Assembly: GCA_016182095.1 (NCBI GenBank)
Contig: JACOXY010000011.1
Coordinates: forward strand, 3,794 to 67,793
Direction of reading: 5' to 3'
DNA length: 64,000 nucleotides
DNA from: Candidatus Liptonbacteria bacterium
Lineage (GTDB): Bacteria; Patescibacteriota; Minisyncoccia; UBA6257; JACOXY01
The stretch's first letter is position 1; each line of letters starts with the position of its first letter. The notes beneath the pieces are model-generated. The model made no database searches. It was not told where the DNA came from and was given only the letters and a program-made list of their open reading frames with translations. Shown here one piece after another: positions 34,359-44,320 of this stretch. Both the position numbers and the translations under genes were made by a program.

Positions 34359-35921
34359 ATGATAAATTCTCAAAATATCAAGCCTTTTTTTATTTTTTCT
34401 GCAATAACAATAATTGCCGTGTCGTTTTTAATAGCGGGTTTTAATGTGTACCCTCCTCCATCCGGGAACTCCTCGCTCTTTGTTCCGCCGGCAATAAATT
34501 TAGCCGCAGGCAACGGCCTAATAGACGATCTAAGCCACATACGCCTAAACCAAACTAAGGACGCTCGATTTATTTCTTATCCGCCATTGTATCCGGTTCT
34601 TTTAAGTATATTGATGCCAAGGACGGATTCCATTGGCGCCTTTGTCGCAATCGCGGTAATGGAAATTTTAATCATAAGCTTCACGGCCTTAATTCTCTAC
34701 AAAATCCTAAGAACCACCGGGGATAACGGGGAAATTTCCTGGTTTAATATTTTAATAATAATTTTTAGTATTTTTGCTATTGCGGGCCCCCTATTAAATT
34801 ACAACGGCACCAGACCTGAAATTGTTTTCCAGCTAATCTCGGTGGCATGGATAATGTCTGTGATATATTTAACGCGCCACAAAAATTTATGGATGTTATT
34901 GGGAATAATTATTGGGGCTGGTTTGGCCACACATCCCTTGCACGGTTTTTATTTTTCAATTTTATCCGCATTGCTTTTTTCCTATGTCACGAATACTAAA
35001 TCGGCGATTAATAACATCCTGAGGGCGGGCGTACTGGGTGTTTTAGTTTTCTTGTTAATTTTAGCTCTCTCTCCACATGGCGCGCTTGATTATCTAAACG
35101 GAATGCGCGACATGGCATTTAGATATGCGAGCACCATGATATTTTGGACCGGATCGTCGCCCCTCACTGGTTTCGAGAGTCCGCTAAACACATACGGACA
35201 AGATTTGCTGCGTTATCTGGTGTTGAGTCCGGCAAGCTTTTTCTGGGGGCCATTTGTATTATTTGTTTTGATTTTAGCGGCGAAAAACTACAAAAGGTTA
35301 AATTCGGGTATAAAATCTCCCCATTTATTCTATTTGTTTTTATTCGTTTTTTTAGCAGTGATGAGCGGCATTATTTTTCTGGGGCATGCTGACAGTATTT
35401 ATTATTTGACCATGCTTGGTTCAATATTCGTAGTAATTGCATCTTATTTAGTATCGAAAGAGAAAGTTTTCGGTCGCGTAGTTTTATTTATGCTTCTGGC
35501 TACCATGAGCATTAGCTCTCTAAGGGTCTTTGTTTTAATGCCATTTTATTTTTTGGACGGAGTCAGAATCAGTGAGGCGAGGAATATTATTGAAAACTTA
35601 AATTTGCCGGATTGCGATGATTGCGTCGGAATATCACCGGCAAACCTATGGGTACTTTCGGAAAATTATCCTTCAATAATAACCGAGCTTCAGGCGGAGC
35701 GAACAGGAGAAAATTTGGGGAAGACAGCCAAAATAATACTTTTGGGACAGCACGGTTCGAGTCTCATGGAGCCCCCAAAAGAAATAAAGGGATGCCAAAT
35801 AGAAAAAGATTACTTTGCTAAAGAAAAACCTCCAAGCTTTTTTGGCATCAAAATAGCCAATATTATCCCCGGCCATGGTTTTGCCGTCTATGAGTGTGAG
35901 ATACAAACAAAATCAATTTAG
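34359..35921 (+). CDS. polytopic membrane protein, GT-C-like
   Basis: YPPLYP, RPE, ATHP; clear paralog of 19908-21491. Confidence 0.7.
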   Translation: MINSQNIKPFFIFSAITIIAVSFLIAGFNVYPPPSGNSSLFVPPAINLAAGNGLIDDLSHIRLNQTKDARFISYPPLYPVLLSILMPRTDSIGAFVAIAVMEILIISFTALILYKILRTTGDNGEISWFNILIIIFSIFAIAGPLLNYNGTRPEIVFQLISVAWIMSVIYLTRHKNLWMLLGIIIGAGLATHPLHGFYFSILSALLFSYVTNTKSAINNILRAGVLGVLVFLLILALSPHGALDYLNGMRDMAFRYASTMIFWTGSSPLTGFESPLNTYGQDLLRYLVLSPASFFWGPFVLFVLILAAKNYKRLNSGIKSPHLFYLFLFVFLAVMSGIIFLGHADSIYYLTMLGSIFVVIASYLVSKEKVFGRVVLFMLLATMSISSLRVFVLMPFYFLDGVRISEARNIIENLNLPDCDDCVGISPANLWVLSENYPSIITELQAERTGENLGKTAKIILLGQHGSSLMEPPKEIKGCQIEKDYFAKEKPPSFFGIKIANIIPGHGFAVYECEIQTKSI

Positions 35922-36163
35922 CGGAGCGAATTTACTAAATATGCGAGGCGCGAGGAGGAGATTAGTAGCCAAGAGCTACAGCTCCGACGATAAACGAGGC
36001 AGATTTAGGAAATGCGCCCGCCCAGGAGGGGAAGCTCAAAAATTGCTGATTTCTTTGTTACTCCTCCTTAATGTATTCTCCGAATACAATTTCGTCGTCA
36101 TGCCTTGAAATCATCTAATTTTTGAACTTCTAAATTTGATTTTGTTTGTATCTCACACTCATA
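35889..36163. mobile_element. 275-bp MITE-like element with 28-bp perfect terminal inverted repeats enclosing two hairpin modules
   Basis: TATGAGTGTGAGATACAAACAAAATCAA at 35889-35916, reverse complement at 36136-36163; inner IR modules 35926-36017 and 36031-36130. Confidence 0.7.
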
Positions 36164-36195
36164 TAAGTGCGGGCAATGAATTGCTTTAAAAAAAC

Positions 36196-37365
36196 CTAAA
36201 TTAAGGAGTAGAGTATACCGAGCTCACCCTCGTTTAATTCCGAAGTGTTGCCAAAGTAGAAGCCGTTTTGATGAACAAAGCGGGCATTGGGACAGTCGCC
36301 ATGCGAATTGATATACTTCTTATAAAACGGCTGTGAGGTAATATCTCCTGATACAATGGGCCGAATTTCAACTCCGTTTTCGGTAAATTTATTTTTATAA
36401 CTTTCAAATGTGGTTTTGTCTTTACAAATTATGGGCATAGCAAAAGCCGAGACTGTATCCATGTGATCAACCGAAAGCGCGAGTAGGTCGTTATTTTCTT
36501 TTTTCTTTTTGTTGAAAAATTTGAAATTTTTCTCTCTGGACGCGACAACTTCATCCCAATATTGAATCTGTAAATTACCTAAAAAGCCGTTAATTTCCGT
36601 AGGGCGCACATTGTACCCCAAATCAAAAAAGGAGTAGAGCGCGTAAAAAGGATCTGTGCCATGCTCCTTATGTAAAGCTTCGAGTTTTTCTTTCGGGAGA
36701 TTTCTTCCCCAGCCATGCGCGCGAACTTTTAAGAGCATGTGGTAAAGCTCTTCGTCATCAGTACATACCATACCTCCCTCAAGCGTTGAAAGATGATGGC
36801 CAAGAAAAAAAGAAAAGGTCGAGGCAAGGCCAAAATTACCAAGCAGTCTGCCATAAGCTTTTGAGCCTAGTGATTCACAATTGTCTTCCAGAAAAACAAT
36901 TTCGCGCTCCTCACATAAACTCCTTATTTCTTTTATATCATGGCAAAAACCAAGCGCGTTAGTAAGAAAAAGGCCACGGATTTCCTTAAGATAGGGTTCC
37001 AGTTTAGAGCTTGAAACATTTAGTGATTCTTTTTCGCAATCAATCGCCACCGGCACAAGTCCCAACTGCAGAAGGGGCATGACATTGGTAGACCACGTTA
37101 TAGCCGAAACTCCGACTTTATCGCCCCTCTTCAATTTGCCTAAATTTAAAAGCGCCTGAACAAGAATAAGGTTGGCCGATGAGCCGCTGTTTACAAATAC
37201 TGCGAACTTTCTTTCTTGTTTTTTGGCGAAAGCTTCCTCATATTTTTTGCATTCTTCCCCCATGCTGAAAAACTCTGTCCGCATTACAAAATCCGCGAGC
37301 TTCCTCCGAGTCTCATTTTCATCCATAAATGCCGATTTTATTAGTTTTATTTTAAAATTGTTCAT
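36196..37365 (-). CDS. ColD-like PLP-dependent NDP-4-keto-6-deoxysugar 3-dehydratase
   Basis: NSGSSANL, EDNCESLG, FSFFLGHH (His in place of the aminotransferase Lys). Confidence 0.82.
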   Translation of the reverse strand: MNNFKIKLIKSAFMDENETRRKLADFVMRTEFFSMGEECKKYEEAFAKKQERKFAVFVNSGSSANLILVQALLNLGKLKRGDKVGVSAITWSTNVMPLLQLGLVPVAIDCEKESLNVSSSKLEPYLKEIRGLFLTNALGFCHDIKEIRSLCEEREIVFLEDNCESLGSKAYGRLLGNFGLASTFSFFLGHHLSTLEGGMVCTDDEELYHMLLKVRAHGWGRNLPKEKLEALHKEHGTDPFYALYSFFDLGYNVRPTEINGFLGNLQIQYWDEVVASREKNFKFFNKKKKENNDLLALSVDHMDTVSAFAMPIICKDKTTFESYKNKFTENGVEIRPIVSGDITSQPFYKKYINSHGDCPNARFVHQNGFYFGNTSELNEGELGILYSLI

Positions 37366-38432
37366 GCGAAGTTTTCTCTTTTTACACCCACAGCTTTCAA
37401 ATCATGCTCCAGCATTATTTTTACAAGTTCTTCAAAGCTAGTCTTGGGGTGCCATCCTAGTTTTTGTCTGGCTTTGGTAGCATCCCCGACAAGATTTTCA
37501 ACGTCTGCCGGGCGATGATAGTAGGCATCAATAGCGATAACAGTTTTCCCCGTTTTTACATTTACCCCCCTCTCGTCCATGCCCTCGCCTTCCCATATCA
37601 AATTAATCCCTAAATATTTACAGCACGCTTCGACAAATTCTTTTACGGAGCGGCTCTTGCCCGTAGCTATAACATAATCATCCGATTCTTTCTCTTGGAG
37701 CATGCGCCACATAACTTCAACGTAATCTTTAGCATATCCCCAATCTCTTTTGGCGTACAAGTTACCAAGATATAATTTATCGGCTTTCCCAGCCATAATA
37801 TTCGCCAAACTCATTGTTATTTTTCGCGAAACAAAATTTTCTCCTCGCCTTGGCGACTCATGATTAAAAAGAATGCCGTTAGTCGCGAAAAGGTTATATG
37901 CTTCGCGATAATTCACAGCCGCGTAGTATGCAAAAACCTTAGCCACTCCGTAGGGACTGCGTGGATGAAAAACAGTTTTCTCGTTTTGCGGAGGAGGAGC
38001 GGAACCGAACATTTCGGAGCTTGATGCCTGGTAAAATTTTGTTCCGGGGCTATCGTGACGTATAGCATCCAAAAACCTAATCGTGGAAAGTCCGGTTGCG
38101 TCACTCGTAAACTCTGGGGTTTCAAAACTAATCCCCACGTGGCTTTGGGCCCCGAGATGGTAAACCTCGTCCGGTTTTAAAGAATTAACAAGGTGCCTGA
38201 TCGAGCTTGAGTCCGTTATATCTCCATAATGCAAGATGATCGGCTGATTCACGCTTACCTTACCTTTGGTGCGGTCCAGAACCAGATGCTCGATGCGACC
38301 TCTGTTAAAAGTGCTGGCCCGCCTCACCAAACCGTGCACTTCATAGCCCTTCTCCAGCAAAAATTCTGCCAGATAAGATCCGTCTTGTCCGGTTATGCCC
38401 GTTATAAGCGCTAATTTTTTATTCCTCGACAT
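37362..38432 (-). CDS. gmd: GDP-mannose 4,6-dehydratase
   Basis: GITGQDGSYLA, AQSHV, FYQASSSE, SPYGVAK, NHESPRRG, RDWG. Confidence 0.95.
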   Translation of the reverse strand: MSRNKKLALITGITGQDGSYLAEFLLEKGYEVHGLVRRASTFNRGRIEHLVLDRTKGKVSVNQPIILHYGDITDSSSIRHLVNSLKPDEVYHLGAQSHVGISFETPEFTSDATGLSTIRFLDAIRHDSPGTKFYQASSSEMFGSAPPPQNEKTVFHPRSPYGVAKVFAYYAAVNYREAYNLFATNGILFNHESPRRGENFVSRKITMSLANIMAGKADKLYLGNLYAKRDWGYAKDYVEVMWRMLQEKESDDYVIATGKSRSVKEFVEACCKYLGINLIWEGEGMDERGVNVKTGKTVIAIDAYYHRPADVENLVGDATKARQKLGWHPKTSFEELVKIMLEHDLKAVGVKRENFA

Positions 38433-38441
38433 ATTTAAATT

Positions 38442-39422
38442 TTACACATTGTTATTTTGAAGATTTTCCAGATCCGCATCAACCATCATTTTTAGCAGAC
38501 TCTTAAAATCAGTTTGAGGAACCCACCCTGTAACTTGCTTAATCTTGGTAATATCCGCGCGCCACTCAAAAGCCTCGGCTGGGCGCACGAATTTTTCATC
38601 TACTACAACATACTTCTTCCAATCCAATCCGACAAATCCGAATACCGCGTCCAGAACTTCCCTCACCGCATGCGTCTCTCCAGTACCAATAACATAATCA
38701 CCGGGCTTATCCTGATTAAGGATTAACTGCATCGCTTCAACATAATCGCCGGCGAAACCCCAATCCCTTTTTACATTAAGATTCCCAAGGCGCAACTCTT
38801 TTTGCATCCCCATTTTTATTTTTGCCGCCGCCAGAGTAATTTTTCTTGGCAAAAATTCCACATCAACATACGGCGAAATATGGTTAAAGATTATCCCGGT
38901 ACAAGCAAAAATTTTATGCACCTCGCGATACATTTTTGCTAAATTAAGTCCAGCTGCTTTTGAAATTCCGTAGGGACTCGTAGAATTAATTGGGGTCTCT
39001 TCGTTTTGGGGAGAAGTTTTAGCATTGCCAAAAATCTCGCTGGTGCTGGCAAAGAAAAACTTGGCATCGGGTTTTAGCTCTTTAACAGCCGAGAGGAGAT
39101 AGTGAGTGCCATTGGTATTGCATTTCAGCGTGCCAAATTCATCTTCAAACGATGGACCAATGCCAGCGATGGCCGCTAAGTGATAGACTTCATCCGGTTG
39201 TGCCTTCGCAATCAACTTACACATTGTGGGGTAATCAGCAACATCGCCCCTGTGAAGTTTTATGCTGTCTAAAACATGGCTTACCTTGTGAAGACGCGGA
39301 TTAGACTTATCAGACGCAGTCCCTCTAATCAAACCATGCACTTCATATCCTTTACCCAAGAGAAGTTTCGCCAAATACGGACCGTCTTGCCCGGCAACGC
39401 CTGTTATTAGGGCTTTTTTCAT
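38442..39422 (-). CDS. GDP-mannose 4,6-dehydratase-like protein (second copy)
   Basis: GVAGQDGPYLA, SPYGISK, FNH.SP, RDWGFAGD. Confidence 0.88.
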   Translation of the reverse strand: MKKALITGVAGQDGPYLAKLLLGKGYEVHGLIRGTASDKSNPRLHKVSHVLDSIKLHRGDVADYPTMCKLIAKAQPDEVYHLAAIAGIGPSFEDEFGTLKCNTNGTHYLLSAVKELKPDAKFFFASTSEIFGNAKTSPQNEETPINSTSPYGISKAAGLNLAKMYREVHKIFACTGIIFNHISPYVDVEFLPRKITLAAAKIKMGMQKELRLGNLNVKRDWGFAGDYVEAMQLILNQDKPGDYVIGTGETHAVREVLDAVFGFVGLDWKKYVVVDEKFVRPAEAFEWRADITKIKQVTGWVPQTDFKSLLKMMVDADLENLQNNNV

Positions 39423-39428
39423 GAAGTT

Positions 39429-39457
39429 ATAATATCATTCGCTTAAGGGAGTGACAA
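39429..39457 (-). promoter_or_regulatory. leaderless promoter TTGTCA-17-TATTAT (TGn)
   Basis: -10 ends 6 nt before ATG 39422. Confidence 0.6.
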
Positions 39458-39483
39458 GAGCGCATTAAAAAAGTGCCCCCATT

Positions 39484-40216
39484 TTAGGGGCACCCCAACT
39501 TTTCTTGAAATTTTTTCTTCAAAAAAAGTGGCAATTTATTAGGATCTCCTGCATATCCAAACATTTCAGAGAATTCCAGGCTCAACTTTCTGCCAAGAGC
39601 TCTCTGCACTTCAAACATAGATTTTCCGCCATATTTGTTTTGGTAGGCAGCGCTGAAGAATTTATATCTGCGAGCTCTTTCTGGATCCACCTTGGTGCCG
39701 TCCCAGCCCCGCTCTAAATTATCAAAACGTTCGTCAATAGGAACGGGTTCGGTGTTGGTAAGCATAATATCGACATAAAGAATGATCTTCTCCGCAAGAA
39801 CGGTCGGCCCCTCTGCTCTATTAGGAATATTTGCTCCTGTGAGATTTACTATGTCGCTCGGAATTCCCATCTCGAGTAGGATATTGGCGTCTTTTGCCTT
39901 CAACTCATCCAGGAGTTCGAGAGAAAAAGAACCGTCGTTAATTGCTCGACGCAACGCTAAAGATTCATGCTTCTTAAACCAATCATGCAAAATAAGCGCC
40001 CTGACAATGGAATGTCGTTCATGGTGTGACAGGCCTGCCATTTCGGCCAAAATATCTCCAAACACTCCAGCAACAAGACAATGCTCCGAGACATTTCGCC
40101 AAATCCCCCCCCTTTCCCAAAGTTTCCCCCTTCTTAAAGTGGGGACGAAAGGCGCTAAGATATTTTAACGCGAATCTAGAAAAATAAGCTGTTTTCCCTT
40201 GCTCACCCAGAGTCAT
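39484..40216 (-). pseudogene. HD-domain protein split by a +1 frameshift in a poly-G region
   Basis: AAGGAGG RBS before ATG 40216; removing one G joins the frames to give WRNVSEHCL...LHD (243 aa). Confidence 0.75.
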
Positions 40217-40399
40217 CTCCGCCTCCTTTCAAATAGATTGGCAACCAAGAGCCACACAATGCATACCATATTTAATTAAAAATGCAAGAGATTTCGGATC
40301 AAGCCCGGAATGGCTAGATTCCAAACAACTTCACAATACTTGCGATAATCAATTATTTTCAGTTGCTCTAAACAGAGAAATAAACTATTATAAATTACA

Positions 40400-41284
40400 A
40401 TGAACTCTAAAACTATGCTTTTCGGGGGGAGCGGTCTTTTGGGCCCAGTTATTTTAGAGAGGTATCCGGAAATTATCTCGGTGGGGAGAAGCGCGCCCCC
40501 AAATCACATAAAAAACCGGCACATTAACATAAAAGATTTGGACGATTTAAGCGCTTTGGACTCACTTGACTTCGATAAAGTAATTTTCTTAATAGGAAAT
40601 TCCAATCACCATCTCATTAATGCGGAAGCGGCCATGGGAATTGATTTTAACGTTACACCACTTAAAAAAGCTCTGTTTTATTTTCAAAAAAGAAATATTA
40701 AAAAATTGATTTGCTTTTCGACTATCCTACTTTATGACGCGGAAAAAATTAAACCACCGGTAGACGAAAGCCAACCCACCAATCCTTTTGCGAATGACTA
40801 TATCTTTAGCAAGTATTTAGCAGAAGAAGTTGCAAATTTCTATAAAAACAAGGTGCCAATCATTACTATACGATTAAGCAACATTTATGGCCCAACAAAG
40901 CTAACGCGTCCCGATCTTATACCAACCTTAATCCAAGGTCTTCTATCAAAGGATGAGATAACCGTGTGGAGCAAAAAACCCGTGCGTGATTTCCTTTATC
41001 TACCCGACGCGGCCAGCGCAATCGTAAAACTTTTGGATACCGATTACACAGGAGTGGTTAATTTGGGAACCGGGAACTCCATAAGCGTCGGGGAGATTGC
41101 GGATATTTTAGAAAAGATTTCCGGCAAAAAAATTACCGATCTTAATAAAGAAGTGTCCGGTCCGATGAATTTACGCTGTGATATTTCACTTTTAAAAAAA
41201 TTAACCGGCTGGGAACCGGAACACACTACGGAAGAGGGTTTGCGCCTAACTTATAATCAGATGAAAGAGTGGGGCGTTAAATAA
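40400..41284 (+). CDS. NAD-dependent epimerase/dehydratase
   Basis: GGSGLLG, YIFSK, RLSNIYGP, RDFLY. Confidence 0.9.
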   Translation: MNSKTMLFGGSGLLGPVILERYPEIISVGRSAPPNHIKNRHINIKDLDDLSALDSLDFDKVIFLIGNSNHHLINAEAAMGIDFNVTPLKKALFYFQKRNIKKLICFSTILLYDAEKIKPPVDESQPTNPFANDYIFSKYLAEEVANFYKNKVPIITIRLSNIYGPTKLTRPDLIPTLIQGLLSKDEITVWSKKPVRDFLYLPDAASAIVKLLDTDYTGVVNLGTGNSISVGEIADILEKISGKKITDLNKEVSGPMNLRCDISLLKKLTGWEPEHTTEEGLRLTYNQMKEWGVK

Positions 41285-41290
41285 AATTCT

Positions 41291-42040
41291 ATGGATAATG
41301 CCCGCATCACAATTGTAATGCCAGTCTTTAATGAGGGGATAAACCTTGATATAATGCTTCGCATAATTGAAGCGATTGTTAAAAGCACTCACGAAGTTCT
41401 TGTTGTCTATGACTTTCCGGAAGACGACAGCATCCCGGTTGCCAAAGAAGTCCAAAAAGATCATTCCAACATACGGCTAGTATATAATGACATTGGACGA
41501 GGAGCAATAAATGCCATTAAAAAGGGGGTGTTGGAAGCCAAAGGAAAATATGCGGTAACTTTAATGGCTGACGATATCGGTCCCGTATTCGCCCTGGACG
41601 CTATGGCTGATCTAATGGATATGGATTGCGGAATAGTTGGCTGCACCAGATACGCTTATGGAGGAAAAGTTTTTGGCGGATCCTTGAAACAAAAAATTCT
41701 TTCCAGAGCAGCCAATTCTATATTCAGGATTGTGACTTCATCCCAACTTACCGATGCGACATTCGGACCAAAAATGTTCAAGCCCGAACTGTTCCAAAAA
41801 ATAAACATTGAATCAACCCGAGGGTGGGCAATATCTTTCGAGCTATCGATTAAAATCCAAGCAATGGGATTTCGCGTAGGTGAAGTGCCGATAACTTCTA
41901 TCAACCGGTTTTATGGCGGACAGGCAACTTTTTCACTGGGCTCATGGCTTGGAGATTATTTAAAGTGGTTCTTCACAGGAATAAAACTTTTAAGGGGCAA
42001 GGGCTTGCCGCCCCCCCTGCACAAGCGCGCCTTTGAGTAA
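41291..42040 (+). CDS. GT2, polyprenol-phosphate glycosyltransferase-like
   Basis: VMPVFNE, YD...D, MADD, TDAT. Confidence 0.85.
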   Translation: MDNARITIVMPVFNEGINLDIMLRIIEAIVKSTHEVLVVYDFPEDDSIPVAKEVQKDHSNIRLVYNDIGRGAINAIKKGVLEAKGKYAVTLMADDIGPVFALDAMADLMDMDCGIVGCTRYAYGGKVFGGSLKQKILSRAANSIFRIVTSSQLTDATFGPKMFKPELFQKINIESTRGWAISFELSIKIQAMGFRVGEVPITSINRFYGGQATFSLGSWLGDYLKWFFTGIKLLRGKGLPPPLHKRAFE

Positions 42041-43255
42041 ATAAAAAGTATATAAGTAAGCCGCGATAGCGATAACAATAATAAAAATTTGCAGGGTGGC
42101 TGCATAATCCCATCCGGCTAATCGCAGGACAAACGGTAGCCAAGCTAAAGACATATGGATAGCAGACAATTTTATCAGCAAATTCCTGTTAATTTTTAAA
42201 AATTCTCGCATCAGAAATGGCACTGTTAAAATAAAGGCCGATGCGGCATAGCCAATAAATCTTTCGGCGCTTGGAGTCACAAAAATACTTATAAGGTAAG
42301 AGCTCGCGCCATAGGCTACGGTAACAATAAACCAAAATGGAAGCCTGCGGAATATTTCTTGGAAGTTGCGCCGAATTAGATAAAAAATTACTACCGGCAT
42401 TATTCCTAAAAGGGTGAGCAGGGCAACGAAAGTCGCGAGCATCGCTTCGGGCATAAATCCGCACGAACCGACCCGCTCGATAGAACCAAGCGGTAGCCAC
42501 GAAGGCAGAGCAAAATTATAAATTGGATCGCAATTAGCTAAAGTATTCGACCATAAGCTGATTCCTAATACATTATTAAAAAAGTAATAAGGTATCTTGA
42601 GGGCAAAATATAAAAAACTTTGAAGGTTGTGCGCGTTAGGAATGCCTAAGCTATTTATTTGTCCAGTCACAAAAATGGAAATAGCAATTATAAAAAAAGT
42701 TCCCAGGGCCAGCATCCTCTTCCCTTTGTATATACTTAGACATAAGAAAATTAGGCCGAAGAGAATGATTGATTCGCGGGTTAAAAACATAAAAAAAAGC
42801 GTCAGTAACGCCGGAATCTCCTGGTTGTAAAAAAGAAAAACAAAAAATAAAGTCGATGAAAAAAGAAAGAAAGCATCCGGCAAAAGATACTCGCTCGATA
42901 TCCCCGCAAAGTACGGCATAAAAAGAAGCGGGGCAAGCATGAGGGAAAACGGCAAAATTTTTTTAAGAACAACCGCCAAACACAAAAAAAGCAAATATAG
43001 GGCGGCGATCGTTATGAAAAGGAATGAATGCTCCGCGTCTATACCGAATATGTAATGCGCCATGCCTGCCAAAAAGGGAAAAAAAATCCTGCCCGAAAAC
43101 GGCTGAATCACATCCTGAATATCGCCTTGAAAAATTTTGAGATACCACTCAACATCTCCTCCATAAATCGGATTGAGCGGCCAGTTTAAAGCGACAATCA
43201 AAGTTGCCAAAAACAAAGCCGCAAGAAAAAAGTTTAAACTTTTTGAAGAAGTCAT
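41990..43255 (-). CDS. polytopic membrane protein, GT-C-like
   Basis: GD..WY after TM1, PF..R, TRE; many TM segments. Confidence 0.65.
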   Translation of the reverse strand: MTSSKSLNFFLAALFLATLIVALNWPLNPIYGGDVEWYLKIFQGDIQDVIQPFSGRIFFPFLAGMAHYIFGIDAEHSFLFITIAALYLLFLCLAVVLKKILPFSLMLAPLLFMPYFAGISSEYLLPDAFFLFSSTLFFVFLFYNQEIPALLTLFFMFLTRESIILFGLIFLCLSIYKGKRMLALGTFFIIAISIFVTGQINSLGIPNAHNLQSFLYFALKIPYYFFNNVLGISLWSNTLANCDPIYNFALPSWLPLGSIERVGSCGFMPEAMLATFVALLTLLGIMPVVIFYLIRRNFQEIFRRLPFWFIVTVAYGASSYLISIFVTPSAERFIGYAASAFILTVPFLMREFLKINRNLLIKLSAIHMSLAWLPFVLRLAGWDYAATLQIFIIVIAIAAYLYTFYLLKGALVQGGRQALAP

Positions 43256-44307
43256 TTATTAAAAAATCTAAGCAATAACTCATCAACTCTCTTGGGGAAT
43301 AACTCTATCCCAAACTTACTTAGAACTTTTTGCCGCAAGAAAGCGCGGTCAAGCAGCTCTTTTCTGACTTTTCCCGTTAACACATTCACTATCGACTGCG
43401 CGATTTCATGAATATCATCCGGATTGACGAGGAGCCCGATCTCGCCTCCCAAAAGAGGAGTGCCCGAACCATCCTGATTGCCGGCAATAACAGGAATACC
43501 GCAGGATAAGGCCTCAACATAAACAGCCGGCGCCCCCTCGGCTTTTGAAGGCATGGTAAAAACATCCGCAAGATTATAATAATCAACTATTTCTTCGTCG
43601 GGAATAAAGCCGGCCACGATAACCTTGTCCCCAAGATTCATTGCGTCTATTAAATTTCGTACTCGAGGCATATCATCACCCTTGCCGCCCAGCAAATAAA
43701 TCGCTTCTGTCACAGCGCTTAATATTTCCGGCATAGCTTGTATTACACGATCATACCCTTTATAACCTTCGAGCGACGAAAGCCTTGCCACCGTAAAAAT
43801 AACTTTTTTACCCTTAAGTCCGTATCTATTAATAAGCAACGTCGGTTTTCCCTTGGGAGCGAACCTGGAGCCATCAACGGGATTATAGAGAAAATAAATC
43901 TTATCTTTTAACTCGGGGAGCTGCGCTATCATTTTTTCACCGGTAAACTCTGCGACTGTAGTTATTACTTTAGCTTCCAGCAGGCTTTTTCGCTGTAAAA
44001 AGCTTCTAATATTCCAAACATCAATTCCGTGAGTGCAAACTATATACTCGTAGCCGAATAGTTTCTTGATAAAGAACCCGATTGGCGAATAATTAACATG
44101 GGCGCAAACAATTACATCGGGTTTAAAACTCACGCTTTTAAAAAAAGAATTCAAAACAAACTTAATGCCGGCCCAAGCTCCGCCGCTTTTTATTTCAACC
44201 AGAACTACGCTGTCACCGCGCGCTTTTAGAGCGGCAATAAACTTCCGGTTATATTGCTGAATACCCCCCAAAGAGTTTGTGTCAGAGGTAATATACAAAA
44301 TTTTCAT
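43252..44307 (-). CDS. glycosyltransferase family 4
   Basis: GGIQQY, HGIDVW, YKG.D, PSKAEG...VYVEA. Confidence 0.92.
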   Translation of the reverse strand: MKILYITSDTNSLGGIQQYNRKFIAALKARGDSVVLVEIKSGGAWAGIKFVLNSFFKSVSFKPDVIVCAHVNYSPIGFFIKKLFGYEYIVCTHGIDVWNIRSFLQRKSLLEAKVITTVAEFTGEKMIAQLPELKDKIYFLYNPVDGSRFAPKGKPTLLINRYGLKGKKVIFTVARLSSLEGYKGYDRVIQAMPEILSAVTEAIYLLGGKGDDMPRVRNLIDAMNLGDKVIVAGFIPDEEIVDYYNLADVFTMPSKAEGAPAVYVEALSCGIPVIAGNQDGSGTPLLGGEIGLLVNPDDIHEIAQSIVNVLTGKVRKELLDRAFLRQKVLSKFGIELFPKRVDELLLRFFNK

Positions 44308-44320
44308 ATTTTAAGATTCT

